Assembly (NCBI GenBank): GCA_017621655.1
Contig: JAGASS010000051.1
Location: 13,418 to 77,417, forward strand
Source: Clostridia bacterium
GTDB taxonomy: Bacteria; Bacillota; Clostridia; Oscillospirales; CAG-272
Direction of reading: 5' to 3'
Length of the DNA: 64,000 nt
The first letter of the stretch is position 1. Every line of letters begins with the position of its first letter. A program made the translations under genes and the position numbers. Positions 1 through 9,116 of the stretch are shown here, in pieces. Below the pieces are notes generated by a model that saw only the letters and a list, made by a program, of their open reading frames with translations, was not told where the DNA came from and did not search any database.

Positions 1-1
1 T

Positions 2-922
2 GAATATACCGGCGTAAAGGCAAACGACGTTATCGTTGCTTCTACCGGTGTTATCGGTCAGCCGCTTAATCTTGAGCCGATCAAAAACGGAATGGCGCCA
101 CTTGCCAACGCCCTTTCCTACGACGGCGGAGCAGATGCAGGTGAGGCAATTCTCACTACCGATACGGTTCTTAAGGAAATAGCAGTCGAGTTCACCGTCG
201 GAGGAAAGACCTGTCACATCGGCGGTATTGCTAAGGGCTCGGGTATGATACATCCAAATATGGCAACTATGCTCGTGTTTATTACGACAGACGCCGCAAT
301 TTCCTCCGAGATGCTTGAGAGGGCACTCAAGAACGATATTGCAAATACTTTTAACATGTTAAGCGTAGACGGTGATACCTCTACAAACGATATGGTTTCC
401 GTCATGGCGAACGGTCTTGCAGGCAATGAGGAGATAGTAAGCGACGGCGAGGATTTCAATGAGTTTATGAAGGCGCTCAATACCGTCACTATTTATCTTT
501 GCAAAATGATAGCAGGCGACGGAGAGGGTGCGACTAAGCTTCTTGAATGTCACGTAAGCGGCGGTAAGGATCACGCTACCGCAAAAACAGTTGCCAAAAG
601 CGTTATTTGCTCTTCCCTTCTTAAGGCCGCTATGTTCGGCGCTGACGCAAACTGGGGACGAGTTCTCTGCGCTATCGGCTACAGTGGCGCAGACGTTGAC
701 GTAAACAAGGTCGACGTTACCTTCGTTTCTCCAAAGGGCGAGATAAACGTATGCAAGAGCGGCGCAGGTGTTCCTTTTTCCGAAGAAAAGGCAAAAGAGA
801 TCCTTCTTGAAAAAGAGATCACAATTGAGGTTGCTCTTAATCAGGCAGACGCAGAGGCAACCGCTTGGGGCTGTGACCTCACGTATGATTACGTAAAGAT
901 CAACGGTGACTACCGTACTTAA
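2..922 (+). CDS. argJ: Bifunctional glutamate N-acetyltransferase/amino-acid acetyltransferase ArgJ (5' end outside window)
   Basis: The frame is open from the window edge (nt 2). It has the ArgJ autoprocessing/active-site block GIAKGSGMIHPNMATML and the C-terminus DYVKINGDYRT. It is followed directly by argB and argD. Confidence 0.9.
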   Translation, partial: EYTGVKANDVIVASTGVIGQPLNLEPIKNGMAPLANALSYDGGADAGEAILTTDTVLKEIAVEFTVGGKTCHIGGIAKGSGMIHPNMATMLVFITTDAAISSEMLERALKNDIANTFNMLSVDGDTSTNDMVSVMANGLAGNEEIVSDGEDFNEFMKALNTVTIYLCKMIAGDGEGATKLLECHVSGGKDHATAKTVAKSVICSSLLKAAMFGADANWGRVLCAIGYSGADVDVNKVDVTFVSPKGEINVCKSGAGVPFSEEKAKEILLEKEITIEVALNQADAEATAWGCDLTYDYVKINGDYRT

Positions 923-931
923 GGAATTAAT

Positions 932-1795
932 ATGAATACATCAGTTTCTAACGCAGAGCGCGCCGAAATACTTACTCAGGCGCTCCCCTATATCAAGCAG
1001 TACGTCGGCAAGGTCGTAGTGATCAAATACGGCGGAAACGCAATGATCGACGAAACGCTCAAGCAGCAAGTAATGGAAGATATTGCTCTTCTTTGGCTTA
1101 TCGGCGTTAAGGTCGTGCTTATACACGGCGGCGGACCCGAGATCTCCGATATGATGAAGAAACTCGGCAAGCAGCCGCAGTTTATTGACGGCTTGCGCGT
1201 AACCGACAAGGAGACCGTTGACATCGTTCAGATGGTCCTGGCGGGCAAGGTAAATAAATCACTCGTAACTCTTCTTCAGATGAAGGGCGGACACGCTGTG
1301 GGGCTTTCGGGCATGGACGGCGGAATTATCGAGGCAAAGATCAAGGACGAGCGTCTCGGATTCGTCGGCGAGATAATTAAAGTTCGCTCACAGCCGATAA
1401 CCGACCTACTTGAAAAGAATTACATTCCCGTAATTTCGACCGTTGCGTCTGACCGTCAGGGCAACGTTTACAATATTAACGGCGATACTGCCGCAGCTTA
1501 TATAGCAGGAGCTATGGGCGCAGAACGTCTTATTATGATGACGGACGTTGCCGGTATTCTCCGCGATAAGGACGATCCTTCGACCCTTATTCCAAAGGTT
1601 ACAGTTTCGGAAGCAAAGAAGCTTTACGATGATGGCATTGTCTCTGGCGGAATGATCCCTAAGGTCGACTGCTGTATCGAAGCGATTAACGCAGGTGTAA
1701 AGAACGTCACGATCATGGACGGAAGAATCCCCCACGCTATCCTCATGGAGCTTCTTACCGATGAGGGCGCGGGCACTATGGTAATGGGTGAATAA
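932..1795 (+). CDS. argB: Acetylglutamate kinase
   Basis: 287 aa amino-acid-kinase fold with VVIKYGGNAM, LIHGGGPEI and NINGDTAA motifs. ATG 932 is preceded by AAGGA. It lies in an arg cluster. Confidence 0.93.
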   Translation: MNTSVSNAERAEILTQALPYIKQYVGKVVVIKYGGNAMIDETLKQQVMEDIALLWLIGVKVVLIHGGGPEISDMMKKLGKQPQFIDGLRVTDKETVDIVQMVLAGKVNKSLVTLLQMKGGHAVGLSGMDGGIIEAKIKDERLGFVGEIIKVRSQPITDLLEKNYIPVISTVASDRQGNVYNINGDTAAAYIAGAMGAERLIMMTDVAGILRDKDDPSTLIPKVTVSEAKKLYDDGIVSGGMIPKVDCCIEAINAGVKNVTIMDGRIPHAILMELLTDEGAGTMVMGE

Positions 1796-1796
1796 T

Positions 1797-2963
1797 ATGT
1801 CAAACATCAAGGAACTTGATAAAGAATACGTTGCCGGTACGTACGCGCGCTTTCCTGTTGAGATAACTCACGGCAAGGGCTCGCTCGTTTACGATGAAAA
1901 CGGCAAGGAATATATTGACATGGGCTCGGGAATCGGCGTTACCGCGTTTGGCGTTGCCGATGACGAGTGGCAAAAAGCTGTAACCGAGCAGATAAGCAAG
2001 GTTCAGCACATGTCTAACCTGTATTATACAGAGCCGTGCGCTAAACTTGCAGAGCTTCTGTGCAAGAAAACAGGTCTTAAAAAGGTGTTCTTCGGTAACT
2101 CGGGTGCCGAGGCAAATGAGTGTGCTATTAAGGTAGCACGCAAGTATGCAGCCGAGAAAAAAGGCGCTGATCACTACACGATCATCACCCTAGAAAACAG
2201 CTTCCACGGTAGAACATTAACTACTCTTTCGGCTACGGGTCAGGATCACTATCATGAGCTCTTTCAGCCGCTGACTCCGGGCTTTGTTCACATTGATTCA
2301 AGCAAGCACGAGGAGCTTCTTCCGCTTGTAAAGTCAACTAAAGCCGCGGCTATAATGATCGAGATCATTCAGGGCGAGGGCGGTGTTCTTAACACTCCGA
2401 AGGAGTTCATCGAGGAAGCGTACAGAATTTCGCAGGAAGAGGATGTTGTCCTTATAATCGACGAGGTCCAGACTGGCAACGGCAGAAGCGGCGAATTTTA
2501 CGCTTATATGAATTACGGAATCAAGCCCGATGTTGTGACCACAGCAAAGGGACTTGGCGGTGGATTGCCTATAGGCGCTGCTATTCTAGGAGAACGAGTT
2601 GAGAACGTTCTCGGCTTCGGTGATCACGGCTCGACTTACGGCGGAAACCCCGTTTGCTCAGCTGGTGCTGTTTCGGTTATTTCGAGAATCGACGAGGACC
2701 TGCTTAACGACGTTAAACGGAAAAACAAGCTCGTTCACGATACGCTTGAAGGAAAGAAAGGCATTCTTTCAATCAGCGGCATGGGACTCATGATTGGAAT
2801 TGAGACTGAGAAAAAGGCTTCCGACGTTGTCAAAGCTTGTATTGAACGCGGAGTTCTCTGCCTGACCGCAAAGAACAAAGTGCGTCTCCTCCCGGCCCTC
2901 AACATTCCCGATGAATTGCTTCTCAAAGCTCTGAACGTTATTTCTGATATTTGTTCTGAATAA
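1797..2963 (+). CDS. argD: Acetylornithine aminotransferase (class III PLP aminotransferase)
   Basis: Class III aminotransferase motifs (GNSGAEANE, IIDEVQTG, TTAKGLGGG) in arg-cluster context. The track start 1788 is a GTG inside the argB tail. ATG 1797 (MSNIKELD...) is preferred. Confidence 0.85.
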   Translation: MSNIKELDKEYVAGTYARFPVEITHGKGSLVYDENGKEYIDMGSGIGVTAFGVADDEWQKAVTEQISKVQHMSNLYYTEPCAKLAELLCKKTGLKKVFFGNSGAEANECAIKVARKYAAEKKGADHYTIITLENSFHGRTLTTLSATGQDHYHELFQPLTPGFVHIDSSKHEELLPLVKSTKAAAIMIEIIQGEGGVLNTPKEFIEEAYRISQEEDVVLIIDEVQTGNGRSGEFYAYMNYGIKPDVVTTAKGLGGGLPIGAAILGERVENVLGFGDHGSTYGGNPVCSAGAVSVISRIDEDLLNDVKRKNKLVHDTLEGKKGILSISGMGLMIGIETEKKASDVVKACIERGVLCLTAKNKVRLLPALNIPDELLLKALNVISDICSE

Positions 2964-2998
2964 AAAATGACCTGCACCTTTGGTGCAGGTCTGTTTTT
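2962..2998. terminator. Bidirectional rho-independent terminator between argD and nrdR
   Basis: A 10-bp perfect stem GACCTGCACC(2969-2978)/GGTGCAGGTC(2982-2991), flanked by an A-run upstream and a T-run downstream. Confidence 0.7.
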
Positions 2999-3464
2999 AG
3001 TCTACTTTTTCATTTTTAAGGTGGTTAAGCTCTTCCATGAAGGTCTCAACATCCTTAAATTCACGGTAAACCGAGGCAAAACGAACGTATGATACCTCAT
3101 CAAGCTCCTTAAGCTTCAGCATAACCAGCTTGCCGATGTCCGCAGATCGGAACTCGGTCTTAAGCGTATTTTTAAGCTCGTCTTCAATGTCATCAACGAT
3201 CTTCTTTATCTGTTCGTTAGTAACGGGGCGCTTATAGCATGCCTGAAGAAGTCCGGTCAAAATCTTGTTCTTGTCGAATAGCTGAAGAGAGTTATCTTTC
3301 TTGATCACAACAAGGGGCGCGGTGTTAGTTACTTCATACGTTTCGTAGGTTGTAAAACGGTTTTTGCAAGCAAGACATTCACGGCGTCTGCGGATTCCGC
3401 CATTATCGGTCGGGCGCGAGTCAATCACCTTACTGTCTGCAAAATCGCATATTGGACACTTCAT
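2997..3464 (-). CDS. nrdR: Transcriptional repressor NrdR
   Basis: N-terminal zinc ribbon MKCPICDFADSKVIDSRP...CLACKNRFTTYE followed by an ATP-cone. ATG at 3464 matches the canonical NrdR N-terminus. The 11-codon upstream extension in the track is unlikely. Confidence 0.9.
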   Translation of the reverse strand: MKCPICDFADSKVIDSRPTDNGGIRRRRECLACKNRFTTYETYEVTNTAPLVVIKKDNSLQLFDKNKILTGLLQACYKRPVTNEQIKKIVDDIEDELKNTLKTEFRSADIGKLVMLKLKELDEVSYVRFASVYREFKDVETFMEELNHLKNEKVD

Positions 3465-3590
3465 AAAATTGTACCCTTTCGCTAAGATATAACACATTAT
3501 AACATTTATTGTTCATTTTGTAAAGAGAAATTTTTCTTATAATATTGCAAAGGTATGTTTGTAAACAAAATGTAAACTTTGATTTTGCTC

Positions 3591-3619
3591 TTGCTTTATT
3601 ATAAATAGTATGGTATAAT
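3591..3619 (+). promoter_or_regulatory. Sigma-A type promoter for rplS
   Basis: TTGCTT (3591-3596), 17 nt spacer, TATAAT (3614-3619), with an extended -10 TG at 3611-3612. Confidence 0.5.
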
Positions 3620-3690
3620 CTTGCTGTTAACTATGGGTGGTCCTCTGCGACGCTCTGCACGAACACCCTGAATATAAGGAGGAGCCAACA

Positions 3691-4032
3691 ATGGATATTA
3701 TCAAGGCTTTCACAAACGAGCAGCTCAAGACAGACGCCCCCAAGTTCGACATCGGTAACGACGTAAAGGTTTACTGCCGCATAGTCGAGGGTGAGCGCAC
3801 CCGTACACAGATCTTCGAAGGAACCGTTATCGCTAAGAATGGCGGCGGTATCTCTGAGACCTTCACCGTTCGCCGCGTTGCATACGGTGTTGGCGTCGAA
3901 AAGACCTTCCCCCTTCACTCTCCTAACGTAGAGAAGGTAGTTGTTACCAGAGTAGGTAAGGTCAGACGTGCTAAGCTCTACTATCTCCGCGATAGAGTTG
4001 GTAAGGCATCTCGCGTTAAGGAACGCATCTGA
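3691..4032 (+). CDS. rplS: 50S ribosomal protein L19
   Basis: MDIIKAF...[31 protein letters not shown]...RRAKLYYLR is unmistakably L19. ATG 3691 is preceded by AAGGAGG (3677-3683). The track start 3637 has no support. Confidence 0.95.
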   Translation: MDIIKAFTNEQLKTDAPKFDIGNDVKVYCRIVEGERTRTQIFEGTVIAKNGGGISETFTVRRVAYGVGVEKTFPLHSPNVEKVVVTRVGKVRRAKLYYLRDRVGKASRVKERI

Positions 4033-4052
4033 TTTACGGAAACTTAACATCG

Positions 4053-4085
4053 AAAAAATCCGAAGCTTATGCTTCGGATTTTTTT
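4053..4085. terminator. Bidirectional terminator shared by rplS and trmO
   Basis: Stem AAAAAATCCGAAGC/GCTTCGGATTTTTT with loop TTAT. It overlaps the trmO stop codon. Confidence 0.7.
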
Positions 4086-4747
4086 GTTATACTTTTAACG
4101 TACAGTATCTTACCGTTAACTGTAAATTTGACTTCACAGTCCGCATATTCAAAGCCGTAGATGCGAGTTGGATCATTCTGATATGACGGACGCGGATCCT
4201 GCGAAAGTATTTGTATCAAAGCTTCAAAGGGTTCGGACGGCAAAGGATTATTTAAGTCATCTTCAATTATGACGTCAAGCGAATGATCCTTGACCCCGTC
4301 AGCAAATCCCGAGACAGCATCAGGGACAGCATCTGCAAACGACAGATAAGGTTTTATATCGTATATCGGCGTTCCGTTCATCATATCAGCGCCCGAAACG
4401 GTCAGCACCACCCTGCCGTCACGCTTATTTACCGAAATCAGCTTTACAACCGTAAGACCGATTGAATTCGGTCGATACGGCGAGCGCGTTGCGAAAACGC
4501 CGACGCGTTTATTACCGCCGAGGCGGGGCGGGCGCACTGTAGGAGACCAATTATCGCGCTCAGCTTCGGAGAATCCCCATATTATAATGAGATGAGAAAA
4601 TTCATCAATTCCGCGGAATGCCTCATCGACAGAATATTCCTTTTCAAATATTATCTCCGACTTGAAATCGGAAAGACCGCTTTGACGCGGTAGACCGAAT
4701 TTCGTCGGAAAGTCGTTTTTTATTCTCGCTATTGTCTTCAGTTCCAT
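4067..4747 (-). CDS. trmO: tRNA (N6-threonylcarbamoyladenosine(37)-N6)-methyltransferase TrmO (YaeB family)
   Basis: 226 aa. The N-terminus IARIKNDFPTKFGLPRQSGL and GVFATRSPYRPNSIGLT are typical of the TsaA/YaeB family. Confidence 0.85.
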   Translation of the reverse strand: MELKTIARIKNDFPTKFGLPRQSGLSDFKSEIIFEKEYSVDEAFRGIDEFSHLIIIWGFSEAERDNWSPTVRPPRLGGNKRVGVFATRSPYRPNSIGLTVVKLISVNKRDGRVVLTVSGADMMNGTPIYDIKPYLSFADAVPDAVSGFADGVKDHSLDVIIEDDLNNPLPSEPFEALIQILSQDPRPSYQNDPTRIYGFEYADCEVKFTVNGKILYVKSITKKSEA

Positions 4748-4756
4748 AATATAATC

Positions 4757-6313
4757 TCAACTATCGCTTACGGTAGATTTAATTTGATCATATGTAAGTC
4801 CGTATCGCTTTGCAATATCATGGGCATAGCTCTTACCGTCACTCTTAGCACGATACACCTTATAAGTTCGCTTATCGTGTTCAATTCCTACCTTAAGATA
4901 ATCAATAACCGAATGCGAATTTGCTTGTGCATTATGCCTTTCCGTAACTTCAACAACCTCGTGAAGATGAGTTGAGAAAATGCCACGGCAACCCATATCT
5001 GTTACGCCTCGGATAAAATCACAAGCAATATATGTAGCTTCGTAGGCATTCGTAGATGAGAGCGTTTCGTCCAAAAGTAACATACTAAATTGAGAAAGCT
5101 TTTCTACGATTGCCGACAATCTATGGCATTCTTCTTCAAGGCGCCCCATACCACTTCCGTTCTCGCTGACGTTCTTGGGAAAATGAGTATATAATCCGGT
5201 AACAGGACTTATAGAAGCGCTCTCTGCAGGAACCAACCATCCTAATTGTGCAAACACTTGTATGATTCCAATGCTTCGCAGAAAAACAGATTTTCCGCCT
5301 TGATTAGGCCCGGTAAGTATATAGAACTGACCTTTTTCATCAAATGTTATATCATTCTTAACGATTTTTGCAGCGCCAATCTGCAGAGCCGTGACAGGAT
5401 TGTAAGCTTTTTTTACCGAAAAAACCTTTTCATAAGTTGGATAAATCGTCGGCTTACAAAGCGGCAAACGAAGCTCTGTCATAATGCGATGGATTCGCAC
5501 ACTTTCTGTAAGAAAAACCAAAACAGGTAATGAATTTAACAGTTCTTTACATGAATTAGAAAGAAAGGCATCAATAGTCGGCTGCCACTGTGATAGATTC
5601 TTTTTGAATACTTTATTAAGCGCAGTATAGATTGTATCATTCATTAAGGAAGACTCATGCCGATTCAAAATCTTCGGTGTCGTGAGAGGAGCCATAGAAT
5701 GAAGGGCGTTAGTATCTTGAACCGATAACAAGCGCTCAATAAGCGTTTTACTGACGATCGGGGTTGTATTGATGGAGAGAATACCTCCGTCTTTGAGCGA
5801 CAGGTCTTCATTGAAGTTAAAACCAAGAGAAATACTTTTAACTGAGCCGATCCTTTTCAGAAGCTCCTTAGTTCCTTCTCTGAGCTTCTTGTACTCATTT
5901 GATTCAGAGATCTTAACAACATCGGAATAAAAATCTCTGATAGAATACGAATCTGCCTTATTGAAATGTTCACCGTTTTGCACGATCGAGTCAATGCAAT
6001 GAAAATAAATATCTAACTGTTTTACGGAATAAAGATGGGTTTCTGACGCATAATGAGCTTCACGTATATTGACCATGTTTTTTATATATCGCAGATCATC
6101 AATAACCGAAAGAAAGACAGTATGCAACTCAGGAACCGATACAAGATCGTGAATTACATGATTGCGTTCTCTGATCACATCTTCATCTACAGATATAAAC
6201 TCAGCCAAATTTAAGTCTTTGGAGTAAAGAAGGTTATGCAAGCCCAAATCTGAAATCAATTCATCTGTATGATCGAAAGGTTCGTCGTGTTTTTTGATAA
6301 TCTTTTCAAACAT
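4757..6313 (-). CDS. MutS-family ATPase (core plus domain V only; no mismatch-binding or Smr domain)
   Basis: 518 aa with Walker A GPNQGGKS, Walker B MLLLDE and the MutS STH motif FSTHLHE. ATG 6313 has GGAGGAG upstream. It ends 9 nt before trmO. Confidence 0.8.
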   Translation of the reverse strand: MFEKIIKKHDEPFDHTDELISDLGLHNLLYSKDLNLAEFISVDEDVIRERNHVIHDLVSVPELHTVFLSVIDDLRYIKNMVNIREAHYASETHLYSVKQLDIYFHCIDSIVQNGEHFNKADSYSIRDFYSDVVKISESNEYKKLREGTKELLKRIGSVKSISLGFNFNEDLSLKDGGILSINTTPIVSKTLIERLLSVQDTNALHSMAPLTTPKILNRHESSLMNDTIYTALNKVFKKNLSQWQPTIDAFLSNSCKELLNSLPVLVFLTESVRIHRIMTELRLPLCKPTIYPTYEKVFSVKKAYNPVTALQIGAAKIVKNDITFDEKGQFYILTGPNQGGKSVFLRSIGIIQVFAQLGWLVPAESASISPVTGLYTHFPKNVSENGSGMGRLEEECHRLSAIVEKLSQFSMLLLDETLSSTNAYEATYIACDFIRGVTDMGCRGIFSTHLHEVVEVTERHNAQANSHSVIDYLKVGIEHDKRTYKVYRAKSDGKSYAHDIAKRYGLTYDQIKSTVSDS

Positions 6314-6489
6314 AAGCTAATCTCCTCCGCAAAATCCAGCATTATTAAAAATCGGTGACTTACCTACTATAAATAATTATAGCACTTTTCTCAACGTATT
6401 TCAATATGAAAAAATATTTACCGAAAGGATATAAATTCACGGCTTTAAGTTCATAAAATTATCATATCATATATACGGAAGGTGATCAT

Positions 6490-6912
6490 ATGCGATTTAG
6501 AGACAAGCTTATAAGATTTATGTACGGAAGAAACGGTTTCGATAAATTGGGACGATTTCTTTTTATAGTTTATTTCATACTCGTTATTTGCCAGTGGATA
6601 GTAGCATTATTTGTTCCGCCGATCGTATCCTTTATTACGTCGTGCCTCATAATACTTCTGGTTTTTTATATTTTCTTTCGAGCGTTCTCGCGTAATCTTG
6701 TAAAGCGTCAAGCAGAAAATTACAGGTATATTCAATTTTCATCAAAGATAAAAACATTCTTTTCGCTTCAGAAATCAAAATTCAGGGACAGAAAGACGCA
6801 CGTTTACAAAAAATGTCCGCGCTGCAAGGCGGTTTTGCGTCTCAAAAAGATCAAGGGAAAGCATCGAGCCGTGTGTCCTAGATGCGGTAACTCATTTGAC
6901 GTAAAGGTCTGA
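6490..6912 (+). CDS. Hypothetical membrane protein with C-terminal zinc ribbon
   Basis: 140 aa with two hydrophobic helices, then CPRC...X17...CPRC. RBS GGAAGGTGA precedes ATG 6490. Confidence 0.6.
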   Translation: MRFRDKLIRFMYGRNGFDKLGRFLFIVYFILVICQWIVALFVPPIVSFITSCLIILLVFYIFFRAFSRNLVKRQAENYRYIQFSSKIKTFFSLQKSKFRDRKTHVYKKCPRCKAVLRLKKIKGKHRAVCPRCGNSFDVKV

Positions 6913-6953
6913 TCAATTTTACGCGAAAATATCAATAAAATTCAATAAAACTA

Positions 6954-6982
6954 TTGAAATATAGAGATAAATCTGTTATAAT
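6954..6982 (+). promoter_or_regulatory. Sigma-A type promoter for SRP RNA (and probably dnaX)
   Basis: TTGAAA (6954-6959), 17 nt spacer, TATAAT (6977-6982), with extended -10 TG (6974-6975). Confidence 0.55.
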
Positions 6983-6989
6983 AACAGTA

Positions 6990-7175
6990 ATTAAGGGCAG
7001 GCATTCATTGGGAATTTTGGACGGATGCCGTTGTTCAGAGCAGGTCTTTCGCGACTGACGACTGCGAACCATGTCAGGCGGGGAACCGAGCAGCATTAAG
7101 CAGCTGCGGTCAGGGCGCGAGAGGTTGCCTGCTTTGAACAATGTCATTCGTCGCCCCAATATACCCTGCCTTTTA
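6990..7175 (+). ncRNA. ffs: Signal recognition particle RNA (4.5S/scRNA type)
   Basis: Domain IV consensus GTCAGG(7073-7078)-N3-GGAA(7082-7085)-N3-AGCAGC(7089-7094). Long helix-5 pairings: 7030-7044/7128-7142, 7021-7027/7145-7151, 7007-7012/7155-7160, 6996-7001/7165-7170. Conserved position upstream of dnaX-ybaB-recR. Ends are approximate. Confidence 0.75.
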
Positions 7176-7197
7176 TGGTATTAAGGAGGAAGATCTG

Positions 7198-8736
7198 ATG
7201 TCGGAGCATACGACCTTATACAGAAAATGGCGTCCTATTGACTTTGCGTCAGTAGTCGGTCAGGATCATATAACAAGCGTTCTTAAGTATCAGATCGCAA
7301 ACGGCAGATCCTCTCATGCTTACCTTTTCTGCGGAAGCCGAGGTACGGGTAAGACTACCTGCGCGAAGATCCTGGCTAAGGCAGTTAACTGCCTTTCTCC
7401 GATCGACGGTAACCCCTGCGGCAAATGCGAAGCTTGCACCCTTATAGAAAGCGGCGCTGATACCGATATTATCGAAATGGACGCCGCGTCAAACAACGGC
7501 GTTGACTATATAAGAGACATTCGCGAGGAGGTAGTTTATACCCCTGCCGCACTGAAAAAACGCGTTTACATTATCGACGAGGTTCATATGCTCTCGCCAG
7601 GCGCGTTTAACGCGCTACTAAAAACGCTCGAGGAACCGCCGCAGCACGTTGTGTTTATACTTGCTACAACAGAGCTACAGAAGCTTCCTGCGACGATAAC
7701 GTCGCGCTGTCAGAGATTCGATTTCAAGAGAATTTCGACAGACGATATTGCATCTCGCCTTGAATTTATCGCTTCTAAAGAAAACATTTCGGTCACTCAC
7801 GAAGCGGCAAAGCTTATAGGAAGAATATCGCAGGGCGGTATGCGTGACGCTATAAGCTTGCTTGAGCTTTGCTCGGGCAAGGGCAAGTCGATAAATATTG
7901 CTCTTGTAAATGAAACGGCAGGAGTTATGGGACGCGGTGTGTCTGCCGAGGCAGTAACAGCTATTCTTAAAAAGGATATACAAAAGATATTTGAGATCAT
8001 TGGAGATATTACTTCGGCTTCTGCCGATATTACGATTTTCTTCGGTGAGCTTATTGAGTTCTATCGCGATATGCTAGTCATTAAAAGCACGAAGGACGCA
8101 AAAGCTTATCTTGACCTTACTGACGAAGAATACAAGGCAACGTCAGCCCTTTGCGAGCACTTCACGAAGGAAAAGCTACTGTATCATATAAAGAGCTTAG
8201 CCGACGCCTATAACGCAATGCAGAGAAGCATAACCGTTAAGCGCGTAACTGCTGAAATGTCACTTGTTTCGCTTACCGACGATAGGATTTCGGTTACACC
8301 CGAAGCTCTGCTTTCGAGAATAGCATCTCTTGAAGAGAAGTTAGCTTCAGGTTCGTTTTCGGTATCACCTACTGAGGTAACGATTTCCGGTGTAAAACCG
8401 ACTGAAAATGTTAAAGAAGAGGCACCGAAAAAGGTGTTAACTACTTCCCTTTCACCTCTCTCCTCATGGGCTGAGGTCATCGAGACCGTCGAGCGAAGTG
8501 ATAACTTTGCAGCTCAAATTCTTAAGCAGTCAAAGGGCTACACGGACGGCACTAAGATCGTTATTAAAACCTCAAACTCGTTCTCTCCGAATATACTTGG
8601 ACGTCCCGACGTTAAAGCACTGATTGCAACGGGAATTAACCTTGTTGGTGATATAAGCGGAATCACCCCCGATTCTATTGAAATCACAGTTGACCAGAAT
8701 CTTAAGTACGAAGACGATCCGTTCGCTTCGTTCTGA
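7198..8736 (+). CDS. dnaX: DNA polymerase III subunit gamma/tau
   Basis: LYRKWRPIDFASVVGQDHI, Walker A GSRGTGKTT, zinc module CGKCEAC, and IIDEVHMLS. ATG 7198 is preceded by AAGGAGGA. Confidence 0.92.
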   Translation: MSEHTTLYRKWRPIDFASVVGQDHITSVLKYQIANGRSSHAYLFCGSRGTGKTTCAKILAKAVNCLSPIDGNPCGKCEACTLIESGADTDIIEMDAASNNGVDYIRDIREEVVYTPAALKKRVYIIDEVHMLSPGAFNALLKTLEEPPQHVVFILATTELQKLPATITSRCQRFDFKRISTDDIASRLEFIASKENISVTHEAAKLIGRISQGGMRDAISLLELCSGKGKSINIALVNETAGVMGRGVSAEAVTAILKKDIQKIFEIIGDITSASADITIFFGELIEFYRDMLVIKSTKDAKAYLDLTDEEYKATSALCEHFTKEKLLYHIKSLADAYNAMQRSITVKRVTAEMSLVSLTDDRISVTPEALLSRIASLEEKLASGSFSVSPTEVTISGVKPTENVKEEAPKKVLTTSLSPLSSWAEVIETVERSDNFAAQILKQSKGYTDGTKIVIKTSNSFSPNILGRPDVKALIATGINLVGDISGITPDSIEITVDQNLKYEDDPFASF

Positions 8737-8763
8737 CAATATTAATTTGAAAAGGATACTATT

Positions 8764-9111
8764 ATGAAAGCAAGACTTCCACAGGGTATGGGCGGCGGCC
8801 CCCAGAATATGCAGAGCATGATGCGCCAGGTTCAGAAGATGCAGGACGATATGACCGCACTTCAGGCAGACCTCGACCAGCGCGAATATGAGATCAAGGC
8901 AGGCGGCGGCGTAGTTGCCGTTAAGATTAACGGTAAAAAAGAGATCCTTTCTATCGACATCAAGCCCGAAATCGTTGATCCCGACGATATTGAGACTCTT
9001 TCCGACGTTCTTGTTGCGGCTGTTAACGAGGCGATAAAGAAGGTAGAGGATACAAACTCCGCCGAGATGTCGAAGATCACCGGTAACGTATCGATTCCCG
9101 GAATGTTCTAA
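8764..9111 (+). CDS. ybaB: Nucleoid-associated protein YbaB/EbfC
   Basis: 115 aa. MMRQVQKMQDDM...AGGGVVAVKINGKKEILSIDI is the family hallmark. It sits in the canonical dnaX-ybaB-recR order. Confidence 0.9.
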   Translation: MKARLPQGMGGGPQNMQSMMRQVQKMQDDMTALQADLDQREYEIKAGGGVVAVKINGKKEILSIDIKPEIVDPDDIETLSDVLVAAVNEAIKKVEDTNSAEMSKITGNVSIPGMF

Positions 9112-9116
9112 GCAAT

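Noticed and set aside
3625-3690. A possible ribosomal-protein L19 leader RNA upstream of rplS.
   Set aside because: Only a short GGGTG/CACCC stem is visible. I cannot match it to the known leader consensus without a covariance-model search, so it is noted in a finding but not called as a feature.
6932-7159. A 75-aa minus-strand ORF, and the 7141 start of the plus-strand ORF, in the gap before dnaX.
   Set aside because: The region is occupied by the SRP RNA (canonical domain IV motif and long compensatory helices). The dnaX N-terminus with an RBS begins at 7198.
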